Shown here one piece after another: positions 51,756 to 64,000 of a stretch of 64,000 nucleotides of DNA. The translations under genes and the position numbers were made by a program. The stretch comes from an uncultured Gemmatimonadales bacterium. Lineage in GTDB: Bacteria; Gemmatimonadota; Gemmatimonadetes; Palauibacterales; Palauibacteraceae. How positions within the stretch are numbered: position 1 is the first letter of the stretch; every line of letters starts with the position of its first letter. Under the pieces are notes generated by a model. The model was not told where the DNA came from. It made no database searches and saw only the letters and a program-made list of their open reading frames with translations. Location: the NCBI GenBank assembly GCA_963783385.1, contig CAWANJ010000002.1:96001-160000 (forward strand). Reading direction: 5' to 3'.

Positions 51756-52505
51756 GTGGAGGAGCGGGGACTCGTGCGGCTGTACATCAACGTGGATCAC
51801 GTGGCCACGGTCCGGCAGGCGCGCCGCACCGACGAGCCCGATCCGGTGCGGGCGGCGGTGCTGGCCGAGCTCGGAGGAGCGGACGGCATCACGGTCCACC
51901 TGCGCGAGGACCGACGGCACATCCAGGAACGGGACGTGGAGCTCCTCCTCGGGACCGTGCGCACCGTGGTGAACCTCGAGCTGGCCGCCTCCGATGAGAT
52001 CCTGAGCCTGGCGGAGCGCTGGCAGCCGATGCAGGCCACGCTCGTCCCGGAGCGCAGGGAGGAGGTCACCACCGAGGGCGGCCTCGACGTGCCCGGAGGC
52101 CGGGAGCGTCTGCGCGAGGCGCTCGATCGCCTGGCGTCCGCCGGGATCCGCACCTCGCTGTTCATCGATCCCGACCCCGACGTCATCGCGGCCTCGGCCG
52201 AGCTCGGGGCCGATGCCGTGGAGCTCCACACCGGCGAGTATGCCAACGCCGTCGGCTCGGAGGCGCGGGCGCGGCAGCTCGGTCGACTGCGGGATGCCGC
52301 CATCCGCGGCCGGGAGGCGGGGCTGGCGGTGCACGCCGGTCATGGCCTCACGTTCGAGAACGTGGCGCCGGTGGCCGCCCTCCCGGAGTGCGAGGAGCTC
52401 AACATTGGCCACTCCATCGTGAGCCGCGCCGTGCTGACGGGCATGGAGGCGGCGGTGCGCGACATGCGGCGGCTGGTGGACGACGCGCGCCGGTTCGGGG
52501 CCTGA
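51756..52505 (+). CDS. pdxJ: Pyridoxine 5'-phosphate synthase
   Basis: [43 protein letters not shown] and LNIGH. Alternative GTG at 51774. Confidence 0.97.
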   Translation: MEERGLVRLYINVDHVATVRQARRTDEPDPVRAAVLAELGGADGITVHLREDRRHIQERDVELLLGTVRTVVNLELAASDEILSLAERWQPMQATLVPERREEVTTEGGLDVPGGRERLREALDRLASAGIRTSLFIDPDPDVIAASAELGADAVELHTGEYANAVGSEARARQLGRLRDAAIRGREAGLAVHAGHGLTFENVAPVAALPECEELNIGHSIVSRAVLTGMEAAVRDMRRLVDDARRFGA

Positions 52506-52550
52506 GGGTCGGTCGGTCGTGAACGACGGCGCCGCCGGAAGAGGCGATCC

Positions 52551-53642
52551 TTGAGGAAGCATCGCGGCAAGGTGCTCCTGGGCCTCGTCATCTCGGTCCT
52601 CCTCCTGGCCTGGGCGCTGCGGGACGTGTCGGCGGCCAGCGTGCTGGCGCTGGTGCGGGGTGCCCATCCGGGCTGGCTCGCCCTCATGGTCGTCGCCGCA
52701 ACGGCCGCCTTCCCGCTCCGCGCCTTCCGGTGGCGGGTCCTGCTGCTGCCCGAGTATCCGAGCACCTCCTTCCACGGCCGGTTCGCGGCCGTCTGCATCG
52801 GCTTCATGGCCAACAACGTGTTCCCGGTCCGGCTCGGGGAGTTCGCGCGGGCCCTGGCGCTGTCCCGGGTCGAGCGTGTGGAGGCGGGAGCGGCGTTCGG
52901 CTCCCTGGTCATCGAGCGCGTCCTGGACGGTCTCACGCTCACGGCCCTCCTCGTGCTGGTCCTGCTTCTGCCGGGCCACGCCCGCTCAGGGCTCCTGGAC
53001 GTTCCGCTCCTGGGGCGCATCGCCCTGGGGGCGGCGGCCGTGTTCGGGGTGGGGTTCGTGGGAATCTGGGTGATGGTGCGCTACCCGGGCGTGGCCGTGC
53101 GTGTGTTCGAGGCCACCGCGGGACGGGTGCTGCCCGACCGGTTCTACGAGAAGCTGCGCTCGCTCCTGGCGACGTTCGTGCGCGGACTCAGGATCGTGAG
53201 CCATCCATGGATCCTGGCGCGGGCCGTGGCCTGGTCCGTCGCCGTGTGGCTGTGCCTGTCGGCCTCCATGTGGTGCGGGATGCTCGCGTTCGGCATCCAG
53301 CGCCCCGGCTTCACCGGCGCGGTGCTCGTGCAGGCGCTGGTCGGGTTCGCGGTGGCGATCCCGTCCAGCCCGGGCTTCTTCGGGCCCCTGGAGGCGGCGG
53401 CGCGGGTAGGGCTGCGTGCCTACGGGGTGGATGCGACGCGCATCGTCGCCTTCGCGACCACGTACCACATCCTCACCTTCGTACCCATCACCCTCCTGGG
53501 GCTCTGGCAGCTGTGGCGGCTGGGGTTGCGCTGGAGCGAGGTCGAGCACAGCGAGGAGATCGTGGAGGCGTCCGTCGAGGAGGCCTCGAGCCGGGCGGAC
53601 GACGAGCGCGCGCGGCGGCACGGGGCGGTGGGCGGTGCCTGA
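52551..53642 (+). CDS. Lysylphosphatidylglycerol synthase TM-domain (UPF0104) flippase-like protein
   Basis: LRAFRWRVLL, GFMANNVFPVRLGE, IERVLD and PSSPGFFG. Confidence 0.88.
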   Translation: MRKHRGKVLLGLVISVLLLAWALRDVSAASVLALVRGAHPGWLALMVVAATAAFPLRAFRWRVLLLPEYPSTSFHGRFAAVCIGFMANNVFPVRLGEFARALALSRVERVEAGAAFGSLVIERVLDGLTLTALLVLVLLLPGHARSGLLDVPLLGRIALGAAAVFGVGFVGIWVMVRYPGVAVRVFEATAGRVLPDRFYEKLRSLLATFVRGLRIVSHPWILARAVAWSVAVWLCLSASMWCGMLAFGIQRPGFTGAVLVQALVGFAVAIPSSPGFFGPLEAAARVGLRAYGVDATRIVAFATTYHILTFVPITLLGLWQLWRLGLRWSEVEHSEEIVEASVEEASSRADDERARRHGAVGGA

Positions 53643-54591
53643 GCCCGTGCGGGTGGCCGCGCACGCCAAGGTGAACCTGCGCCTGCGGGTCCTGGAGACG
53701 GGAGCGAGCGGCTTCCACGCCATCGAGACCCTCTTCCTGCGCCTGGCGCTGCGCGACGAGGTCGAGCTGGCGCCCGGCCCGTCCGGCATCCGGCTCACGG
53801 TGGAGGAGGAGCCCGGACCTCTCGCGGGCCCGATGCGGCGGGGGGAGCCCGTGCCGCGGGGCGAGACCAACCTGTGCTGGCGCGCGGCCGAGGCCTACTA
53901 CCGGGCCCTGGGCCACGAGCCGGCGCTCGACATCCTGCTCCGAAAGCGGCTGCCCGCCGGGGCGGGGCTCGGGGGCGGGAGCGCGGACGCGGCCGCCGTG
54001 CTGCGGGGGCTCGAGGCGATGAGCGGAGAGGCCCTGGGGGCGGCCCGACTGATGTCGCTGGCCGGGCGGCTCGGAAGCGACGTGCCCTTCGCCCTGGCCG
54101 ACGCTCCGGCGGCGCTGGGATGGGAGCGGGGTCGCCGCCTCCTGCCGCTGCCGGCGCCGCCTCCGCGCCCGGTCCTGATCCTCGTTCCGGAGTTCGCCGT
54201 TGCCACGGCGGAGGCGTACCGGTGGCTGGACGAGGACCGCGCAGCGACGGCCCGAACCGGGGAGGCGCCGGCTCTTCCGGAGACGGGAGGCGGGGGCGAC
54301 GACGGTCCGGGGGGCGCCTTCCTCCTGCCGTCGGCCGATCGGCTCGCCTCCTGGGAGGAGCTCGACGGACTGGCGGTCAACGACTTCGAGGCGCCGGTGT
54401 TCGCCCGCCACCCCGTGCTGGCCGGCTGGAAGGCCGAGCTCCACGAGGCGGGGGCCCGACCGGCGCTCCTCTCCGGAAGCGGGGCGGCTCTGTTCGGTGT
54501 ATTTCACGGGGAGGCGGAGCGGGACGAGGCCGCGGAGCGGTTCGAGGGCCGGCCGGACGTGGCGGTCCTGCACACTCTGGGACCCGCCTAG
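53635..54591 (+). CDS. ispE: 4-diphosphocytidyl-2-C-methyl-D-erythritol kinase
   Basis: AHAKVNLRL, NLCWRAA, KRLPAGAGLGGGSADAA, LGSDVPF, NDFE and LSGSG. Confidence 0.95.
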   Translation: MPEPVRVAAHAKVNLRLRVLETGASGFHAIETLFLRLALRDEVELAPGPSGIRLTVEEEPGPLAGPMRRGEPVPRGETNLCWRAAEAYYRALGHEPALDILLRKRLPAGAGLGGGSADAAAVLRGLEAMSGEALGAARLMSLAGRLGSDVPFALADAPAALGWERGRRLLPLPAPPPRPVLILVPEFAVATAEAYRWLDEDRAATARTGEAPALPETGGGGDDGPGGAFLLPSADRLASWEELDGLAVNDFEAPVFARHPVLAGWKAELHEAGARPALLSGSGAALFGVFHGEAERDEAAERFEGRPDVAVLHTLGPA

Positions 54592-54736
54592 CCGGGAGCC
54601 GCCCGCGCGGAGCCACGGGACGCGGCGCGTGCCCGGGGCGTCGCCCGCGGCCGCCGCGCTTGCGGCACGGCTTCCGCGACGCCAGCCTTCTTCCTGGAGC
54701 CGGCGGCGGTCGACCGATCACCGCCGGGGTATCCGG

Positions 54737-54807
54737 TGGCCCCTCGTCTAACGGCAAGACCCCGGCCTTTGGAGCCGGTAATCCAGGTTCGAGTCCTGGG
54801 GGGCCAA
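54737..54807 (+). tRNA. tRNA-Gln (UUG), CCA not encoded
   Basis: Acceptor tggcccc/ggggcca, anticodon arm ccggc-ct-TTG-ga-gccgg and T arm ccagg-ttcgagt-cctgg. It occupies the usual position after ispE. Confidence 0.95.
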
Positions 54808-54824
54808 TCCCGCCCGACCCCGAC

Positions 54825-57800
54825 CTACACCTCCAGCCGATCCCCCGGCCGCGCCACCAGCAGGTAGAGCGCCGGCATGAGGAGGACGCTGATGAACAGC
54901 CGCGACAGCAGGCCTCCGACGATCACCAGCGCGAACGGCTTCTGCGAGTCCGACCCGACGCCGGTCGAAAGGGCGGCGGGCAGCAGGCCGAGGGCCGCCA
55001 CCAGCGCCGTCATCATGATGGGCCGCAGCCGCAGGATGGCCGCCTCCCGCGTGGCCTCGACGATCCCCGTCCCGCCCCGCCGCAGCTCGTTGGCGTAGGA
55101 GATGTAGACCACGGCGGTCTGCACGGAGACGCCGAACAGGGCCAGGAAGCCGATGCCCGGAGCTCACCGACAGCGGCGTGCCCGTCACCCACAGGGCCAG
55201 CAGCCCCCCGATCGGCGCTGACAGCACCACGCCCAGCACCGTGATCGCCGGGAACTTGAAGTTGCTGTACAGGGCGAACAGCAGCAGGAAGATGAGGAAC
55301 AGCGTCAGGGGCAGGACGAAGCGCAGCTGCCGCCTCGAGGCCGTGTACTCCTTGTACTCGCCGCCCCAGCTCACCGTGTAGCCGGCAGGGAGGGTCACGG
55401 CGGACGCTACTTGCTTGCGGGCGTCCGCCACGGCGCCGGCCAGGTCGCGGCCGTCCACCGAGAACTGCACCCCGATGAAGCGCGCGTTGTCCTCCCGGTA
55501 GATGAACGACGCCCCGCGCGTCACGCTGAGGTCGGCCACCTCGCGAAGCGGGACCTGCTGTCCGTCCGGGGTGGCGATGAGGATGTTGCCTATCTGCCGG
55601 GCGTTGCCGCGGAACTGCGGCTCCAGGCGCACGACCAGGTCGAACAGCCGCTCGCCCTGTACCACCGAGGTGGCCGGCACGCCGCCCACGGCCGACTCGA
55701 TGAGGTCGTTTACGTCGGCGACGTCGAGGCCGTAGCGGGCGATCTTCGACCGGTCGATCTCGACCGCCAGGCTGGGCTGGCCGAGCTCCTGGACGAGCGT
55801 CACGTGGTCGATGCCCCGCACTCGCGTGAGCACGTGGCGGATCTCCTTGCCCTTCGCCTCCAGGGTGTCGAGGCTCGGTCCGAAGATCTTCACGTCCAGC
55901 GCGCTCTTCAGCCCCGTCTCGGCCTCGTCGACCGCGTCTTCCGCGGGCTGCGTGTAGTTGAAGATGATCCCCGGGAACACGGACAGCTTCTTGTTGATCG
56001 CGGCGATCAACTGCCGCTTGGTGTGGATCTTCCCCCGCCAGCTGTCGTACGGCCTGAGCCCCACGTAGAACTCGGCGTTGAAGAAGCCGGTCGGGTCCGT
56101 GCCGTCGTCGGGCCGGCCGTGCTCGGAGCCGACGTCCGTCACCTCCGGGAAGGAGCGCAGGATGGCCCGGATGCGGGGCACGATCTTCGAGGACTCCTCG
56201 AAGGAGATCGTATAGGGCATGGTGGCCCGGACCCACAGGGCCCCCTCGTCCAGGTGCGGCATGAACTCCGCCCCGATCGCGGGCAGGACGAGGAGCGAGG
56301 CGGCGAAAGCGGCGCTCGAGACGGCCACCGTCGTCCACGGCCGCGCCAGGCACCAGTCCAGGGAGCGCTCGTAGTGTGTTCGCAGCCAGGCCATCATCGG
56401 GTTCCGGCGCTCGGTCACGCCCCGCTTGAACAGCCAGGAGGCCAGCACCGGGAGCAGGGTGAGGGCGAGCACCAGCGATCCGAGCAGCGCGAAGATCGTG
56501 GTGTCGGCCATGGGCCGGAACAGCTTCCCGGACGGCCCCCGCAACACGTAGATGGGCAGGAAGCCCGCCACGATGACGGCCACCGCGTAGAAGATCGGAC
56601 GGTCCACTTCCGCCGCCGCGGCCGCGATGACGTCCCGGAGGCGGCCCTTTTCGGGTTGCTGCAGGGCCAGCTGTCGATGGATGTTCTCCACCATGACCAC
56701 CGCGCCGTCCACGAGGATGCCGAAGTCTATGGCCCCTATGGAGAGCAGGTTGGCGGGGATGTGACGGAGGTCCAGGCAGATGAAGGCGAAGAACAGGGAG
56801 AGCGGGATGGTGGCCGCCACGATGAGCCCCGCCCTCACGTCGTACAGGAACAGGATGAGCACGAACACCACCAGGATCATGCCCCGGAGCAGGTTGTGCT
56901 CGACCGTGTGCGTGGTGAGGTGGACCAGGTCGCTGCGGTCGTAGAAGGGGTGGATCTTGACGTCCTTCGGCAGGACCTGGTCGTTGAGCTCCTTCGTCAT
57001 GGCCTCGACCCGCTGGAGCACGTTCTGTGTCTGGGCCCCCTTGCGCATGAGGATGACGCCCTCGACGGCGTCGTTGCGGCCGTTGAAGCCGAACTGACCC
57101 AGGCGGGGCGCGTGGCCGATCGTGACCTTGCCGACGTCTTTCACCAGGACGGGCGTGCCGTGCCGATCCGCGAGCACGATGTTCCCGATGTCCTCGGGCG
57201 TTCGGATGCGCCCCAGCCCTCGCACGTAGTAGAACTGCCCGCCCTCGGAGTAGAAGCCCCCGCCCGCGTTGGCATTGTTGCCGGCCAGCGAGGAGACGAC
57301 GTCGGCGACGGACAGCCCCGAGCCGGCCAGCCGGGTCGGGTCGAGCAGCACCTGGTACTGCATCGTCTCCCCGCCGAGGCCCGACTCGTCGGCCACGCCC
57401 GGCACCGAGCGGTACTTCCTGGAGATGACCCAGTCGTTGAGGATCTTGAGCTGCATGGCCGAGCGGTCGTGGCTGTCCAGCACGTAGCGGTACACGAGCC
57501 CCGAGGGCGAGAACAGCGGTGAGACTCCCGGGCTCACGCCGTCCGGGAGCTCGGCATCGGGCAGGCGTTCGAACACCTGCTGGCGCGCGAAGTAGTCGTC
57601 CGTGCCGTCCTCGAACGTCATGCGGATGTCCGAGAGGCCGTATAGGGAGATGGAGCGGATGACCGTCATGTGCGGGATCCCGTTCATCTCGACCTCGAGC
57701 GGGACCGTGATGAGGCGCTCCACCTCCTCGGCGGCGTGGCCGGGCCACTGGGTCACCACCTCGACCATCGGCGGAGACAGGTCCGGATACGCGTCGACCG

Positions 57801-57936
57801 GCAGCCGGCGGAAGGACCAGATCCCGATGCCGACGAGGAGCACCGCGGACAGGCCTACCAGGAATCGCTGACGCAGGGCGGCGAGGACGACCCGGTGGAT
57901 GAAGGACTGGGGCACCGGCGGCTCGGGCGTGCTCAC
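54825..57936 (-). CDS. CzcA/CusA family heavy-metal efflux RND permease (apparent indel at about 55157)
   Basis: LPVDAYPDL, AEEVERLIT, ANLLSIGAIDFGILVDGAVVMVEN and EFMPHLDEG. The C-terminus GIGFLALFGVSVQ..RLRPIMMTA..QKPFALVIVGGL lies in the frame of ORF 54825..55124. Confidence 0.93.
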
Positions 57937-59123
57937 TGGGCCTCCGCGAACTGCAGGAACAGGGCGCCCTCGGCCACGACCCGCTGACCCGGCTCGAGGC
58001 CCGAGGCGATCTCGCGGCGGTCCCCGACCTCCTGCCCGAGCTTGACCAGCTGCCGGTGGTAGCTGCCGTCGTCACCGGCCACGAACACGAAGGGCAGGTT
58101 GTCCTCGTCGCGCAGCACGGCGGAGGACGGGACCAGCAGGCCGGTTCGGGCCGAGCGCCCCAGGATCGTGACCTGGACGTACATGCCGCGCTTGAGTCCG
58201 GCCCCCGAGTTCTCCGCCACGACCCTCACGGACGTGGCGCGCGTGTCGGGGTCCACCTCCGCGCCCACGTTGTCCACCCGGCCCCGGAAGACCTGGGCGC
58301 CGTTGGTCGGCCGGATCTCGGCCGAGTCGCCCACCTGGACGTTCGGGAGATCGGTGTCGAACACGTCGGCCTGCACCCAGACCCTGGACAGGTCGGCCAC
58401 GGCGAAGCAGGGCGTGCCCCCGGCCTCGAGCAGCTGGCCGGGCGTGATGAGCCGTTCCACGACGATCCCGGGAAGCGGGGCCCGGATGACGGCGCCCGCG
58501 GCCGAGATGGGCTCGCCGCGGCGCACCGCGGCCAACGAGATTGAGTCGACGCCGAGCGACACCAGGGCCTGGAGCGCCGCCTCCCGATCCGCCTCCGCCG
58601 CCTCCGCCTGCGTCTCCGCGTCCTGCATCTCCTGCCGCGCGATCGCGTCGATGGCGAAGAGCTTCCGGTCCATGTCTGCAATGCGCCGGGCGTTGGTGGC
58701 CTCGGCCACGCCCTTCCGGTAGTCCGCCACGGCCGAGGCGAAGTCGGGCGAGGCCACGACGGCGAGCGGCTGTCCGCGACGCACGCGAGCCCCGAGGCTC
58801 ACGAGCACCCGGCTCACGGGCCCCGAGATCGGGGCCATGACCTGCGTGCTCCGGTCCCCGTCGAAGTCGACGGTTCCCGTGGTGCTCACCGAGGCGCGGA
58901 AGGTGTCGGGCTCCACGGTGACCAGGTGCAGCTGCGAGCGCTGCGCGGCGGTGAGAGGCGAGCGGGTGCTGTCGGCCGGAGTGCCGCTGCTTGCTCCTCC
59001 GCCGCACGCCGACGCCAGCGCCAGCGCGCCGGCCGCGAGAGCTCCGAGCAGGATCCGGGCGCCGGGCCGGAGCCAGTCCACGGGAGATCGGGCGATCACG
59101 GTGGGTCGGGACGGCTCATTCAT
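57933..59123 (-). CDS. RND efflux periplasmic adaptor subunit (CzcB-like)
   Basis: APISGPVSRV, IRAPLPGIV, VADLSRVWV, VDPDTR and GQRVVAEGALFL. Confidence 0.92.
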   Translation of the reverse strand: MNEPSRPTVIARSPVDWLRPGARILLGALAAGALALASACGGGASSGTPADSTRSPLTAAQRSQLHLVTVEPDTFRASVSTTGTVDFDGDRSTQVMAPISGPVSRVLVSLGARVRRGQPLAVVASPDFASAVADYRKGVAEATNARRIADMDRKLFAIDAIARQEMQDAETQAEAAEADREAALQALVSLGVDSISLAAVRRGEPISAAGAVIRAPLPGIVVERLITPGQLLEAGGTPCFAVADLSRVWVQADVFDTDLPNVQVGDSAEIRPTNGAQVFRGRVDNVGAEVDPDTRATSVRVVAENSGAGLKRGMYVQVTILGRSARTGLLVPSSAVLRDEDNLPFVFVAGDDGSYHRQLVKLGQEVGDRREIASGLEPGQRVVAEGALFLQFAEAQ

Positions 59124-60588
59124 GGGAGTCTCCGTGGGGCAGCGTGTCGGTGCCGTGGGATGCCGCGTCGGCGTCGGGGGATGGGCCGTCGGTGGAAGGA
59201 GATCGGCCGGTCGTGTCGGAGGCTGCGCCCCGGCTCGATCCTGCCCGCTCGAGGGCCACGCCCACCGCCAGCTCGAGGTCCGCGCGGGCGTCGTTGGCGG
59301 CGCCGAGGGCGTCCGCGAGCTGCCCCTCCATGTCCAGCAGGGTTCGGCGAGCGTCGATGACCTCCAGCGAGGAGGAGCCGCCGATGCCGTAGCTCGTGGT
59401 CGCGATCTCGAAGGCCTTTCGGGCTTCGGGGACGAGCTCGTCGCGCAGATACAGGGCCTGTCGGCGCGACGTCATGGCGGCCGTGTAGGCCGTCCTGACC
59501 TCCTGTTCGACGGCGGCGCGGGCGTCCCGGTAGCCGTCGTCCAGCTCGCGGACCCGGTGGGACGCCTCGGCCACCTCCCCGCGGGTGTGGTTCCAGAAGA
59601 ACAGGGGGACGCTGATCGAGAGGTCCGTGGTGTAGCTGCTCGGCGTGTCGTTCGAGAGGTCCTTCTCGAAGCTCAGGCTCAGATCGGGGAGCCAGAAGGA
59701 CCGGGCCAGGGACGCCGCGGCCCTCGCCCCGACTCGCTCCCGGTCGAGACCGTTCAGCGCCGGGCGGGACAGGGCCGCGCGGGCCACCAGCGCCTGCAGG
59801 TCGGGCACCGTGTCCGGCACGAGGAGGGAGTCGGCGGCCTCGACCTCCGCGCCCAGCGGTCGACCCATCTGCCGGTTGAGCTCCGCCCGGGCGTCGGCCA
59901 GATCCTGTCCGTTGGCCAGGAGGTCGTTCCTGGCGGCGGCCACCTCGACGCGCGCCCTGATGACGTCGAGGCCGGGCGCGGTTCCGGCCTTCGAGCGAGC
60001 CTCGGTCTTGGCCAGGAAGCTGCGGGCCAGGTCCAGCGCCTGGCCCAGCTGCCGGTGCCACAGCTCCGCGACCAGGAGGGCGTCGTAGGCGCGGGCCGTG
60101 GCATCGGCCGTCTGCTGGCGAAGCTGGCGGTAGCCGAAGCCCGTGGCGTCCACCCCCGCCTGCCCGATCCGACGCTCCAGCAGGATCTTGGTGGGGAAGG
60201 GCACGTCGAGTCCGAGGGCGACCGCCTGGCCCGTGTACGTGCCCGGGCGGAACACGCTCTTCTGACCCGACAGCTCCCCGAGAAGGCTCGGATCCGGGAA
60301 GGCGGCGCCCTGGACGGCCTGGGCCCGCGCCTCGGCCACCGTCTCCCGGGCCGCGTGCACTGCGGGGTTGTGTGCCAGGGCGCTGTCGATCGCCTCGGCG
60401 CGCGTGACCCGCAGCGGAGACGCGCGGTCACGGCTCGCCGCGGCGCCGGGGGGTACGGTGTCTGCCACGGTGCCGATGGCCCGCTCCGCCGGGGCTCCGC
60501 GGGCCGCGGCCGGGACGGCGACCGACATCGTGCCGGCCGTCGCGATTGCGAGCGCGATGGATGTGTGGCACCATTGGGGAGCGTACAC
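59116..60588 (-). CDS. TolC/CzcC family outer-membrane efflux protein
   Basis: GGAGG-GTG start, ALAHNP, FPDP, ISVPLFFWN..GE and SLEVIDARR. Confidence 0.9.
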   Translation of the reverse strand: MYAPQWCHTSIALAIATAGTMSVAVPAAARGAPAERAIGTVADTVPPGAAASRDRASPLRVTRAEAIDSALAHNPAVHAARETVAEARAQAVQGAAFPDPSLLGELSGQKSVFRPGTYTGQAVALGLDVPFPTKILLERRIGQAGVDATGFGYRQLRQQTADATARAYDALLVAELWHRQLGQALDLARSFLAKTEARSKAGTAPGLDVIRARVEVAAARNDLLANGQDLADARAELNRQMGRPLGAEVEAADSLLVPDTVPDLQALVARAALSRPALNGLDRERVGARAAASLARSFWLPDLSLSFEKDLSNDTPSSYTTDLSISVPLFFWNHTRGEVAEASHRVRELDDGYRDARAAVEQEVRTAYTAAMTSRRQALYLRDELVPEARKAFEIATTSYGIGGSSSLEVIDARRTLLDMEGQLADALGAANDARADLELAVGVALERAGSSRGAASDTTGRSPSTDGPSPDADAASHGTDTLPHGDSHE

Positions 60589-60717
60589 GGCCACCTCCGG
60601 GACGTCGTGACACGCGCCGGGACCTGTTCGGGCGCGCGGCGCGCGGCCCGCCCGGGAGGCGCGCCCGCGGGCGGCCGTCCCCAAGCGGGACGTTTCAGTC
60701 TGTGAGAGGGTTGTGCG

Positions 60718-61110
60718 TCAGGCGGTGGGCGCGGGTGGCGCGCGGGGTAGCGCCAGGGTGCCGGGATCGGTTCGCAGGCCCGGCGCGCACGAGGTGGCGT
60801 CGGATCTCAGGGTGACGGCGGGCTCCAGCCGGATCTGCAGGGCCGCCGAAACGGAGGCGCGCGCGCTCCCGGTCGTGAGCCCCAGCACGCAGTGGGCCGC
60901 GTGGTCGCCGGTGCTCGTCGGTGCCGTGAGGAGGGTGAGGCCCGAGGCCCCGGCCGCTCCGGGAGCGGCCACGCCCCGGGAGCCGGCGTGATGGGCGACG
61001 TCCGTGTGGAAGGCGAGCGCGTCGATCCCCGACCAGCCGAGCTCGCCGGCCAGGAAGAGGCCGGCCAGGAGCAGGGCGGAGCCCCGGCGGAGGACATCGC
61101 GAGCGCTCAT
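60718..61110 (-). CDS. DUF2946-like His-rich leader protein ending in a RAPP motif
   Basis: N-terminal TM/signal, FHTDVAHH, GDHAAHC and C-terminal LPRAPP. It is the first gene of the efflux operon. Confidence 0.7.
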   Translation of the reverse strand: MSARDVLRRGSALLLAGLFLAGELGWSGIDALAFHTDVAHHAGSRGVAAPGAAGASGLTLLTAPTSTGDHAAHCVLGLTTGSARASVSAALQIRLEPAVTLRSDATSCAPGLRTDPGTLALPRAPPAPTA

Positions 61111-61260
61111 GGCGCCGACGATAGCCACCCGGGTCGATCACGGCAACGGGCGTGCGCTGGCCCGACGACGGACGGCCCGCATCTTGAGGGTCGTGGAGCC
61201 CGGAGCCCCCGGGGACGCCCGTTCTCTCCGCTGCAGACTTCCGCGAAGGGCGAAGGACGC

Positions 61261-63357
<2,097 letters not shown>

Positions 63358-64000
63358 TCAGCCGGCCGCCTCGTCCGCGAGGGAGAAACCGTTCCGCTCG
63401 AGGAGGGCGCTGAACTCGCCCTTGGCCACCGCCTTCCGATAGGCCTCCTCCACTTCGACCGTCTCTTCGCGGACCAGGCCGAGCAGGGCGTCGTTCAGCG
63501 TGATCATGCCCGCTCCCTTGCTGGTCTGCATGATCGAGGGGATCTGGAAGGTCTTCCCCTCCCGGATCAGGTTGGAGACGGCGCTGCTCACGAGCAGGAC
63601 CTCCAGGGCCGCCACCCGTCCACCCGTCTTGCGTCGGCACAGCGTCTGGGCGATCACGCCCTTGAGGCTCTCGGCGAGCATGGTGCGGATCTGATTCTGC
63701 TGGTCGGCGGGAAACTGGTCGATGATCCGGTCCACGGTCGACGCCGCCGTGTTCGTGTGCAGCGTCCCGAACACGAGGTGGCCCGTCTCGGCCGTCTCGA
63801 GCGCGATCTCGACGGTCTCCAGGTCCCGCATCTCCCCGACCAGCACGATATCCGGGTCCTCTCGAAGTGCCGCGCGCAGGGCCGCTTTGAACCCGGCCGT
63901 GTGCGTGCCGACCTCGCGCTGGTTGATGAGGCAGCGCTTGTTCTCGTGGACGAACTCGATCGGGTCCTCGATGGTGATGACGTGGTCACGACGCCGCTCG
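63358..64000 (-). CDS. pilT: Type IV pilus retraction ATPase PilT/PilU (3' part; start outside window)
   Basis: HVITIEDPIEFVH, QREVG, ALREDPDIVLVGEMRD and AETGHLVFGTLHT. Confidence 0.93.
   Translation of the reverse strand, partial: ERRRDHVITIEDPIEFVHENKRCLINQREVGTHTAGFKAALRAALREDPDIVLVGEMRDLETVEIALETAETGHLVFGTLHTNTAASTVDRIIDQFPADQQNQIRTMLAESLKGVIAQTLCRRKTGGRVAALEVLLVSSAVSNLIREGKTFQIPSIMQTSKGAGMITLNDALLGLVREETVEVEEAYRKAVAKGEFSALLERNGFSLADEAAG

Overview
High-GC bacterial chromosome segment. The gene repertoire (BTAD/TPR membrane regulator, DUF4139, DUF2911, ABC permease-M1 peptidase fusion, beta-propeller lipoprotein) suggests Gemmatimonadota, which is an inference. Most of the window is housekeeping: pntAB, dtd, ltaE, recA-recX, alaS, gmhA, cca, rarA, hflX, pdxJ, ispE, tRNA-Gln(UUG), a czcCBA-like RND efflux operon and a partial pilT. 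Six clear single-base frameshifts (one in essential alaS) and two probable ones sit in short homopolymers and look like long-read errors rather than pseudogenes. The most striking element is an AT-richer three-gene cassette between recX and alaS (about 37.8-40.2 kb). It encodes (1) a 72-aa secreted peptide whose six cysteines follow the spacing of the plant potato carboxypeptidase inhibitor cystine knot (C-x3-C-x5-C-x5-C-x2-C-xn-C), (2) a dedicated DsbA-family oxidoreductase and (3) a CxxC-containing beta-propeller lipoprotein. This is a candidate bacterial knottin production/sensing system. Also notable are a His-rich RAPP-motif leader ORF upstream of the metal efflux operon, a coupled CMD-DoxX-methyltransferase-aromatic amino acid decarboxylase operon, a BlaI/CopY-type TACA-N2-TGTA palindrome, a 25-bp perfect inverted repeat, and a radical SAM gene missed by the ORF track. 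All family calls come from motif recognition by eye; no searches were run.
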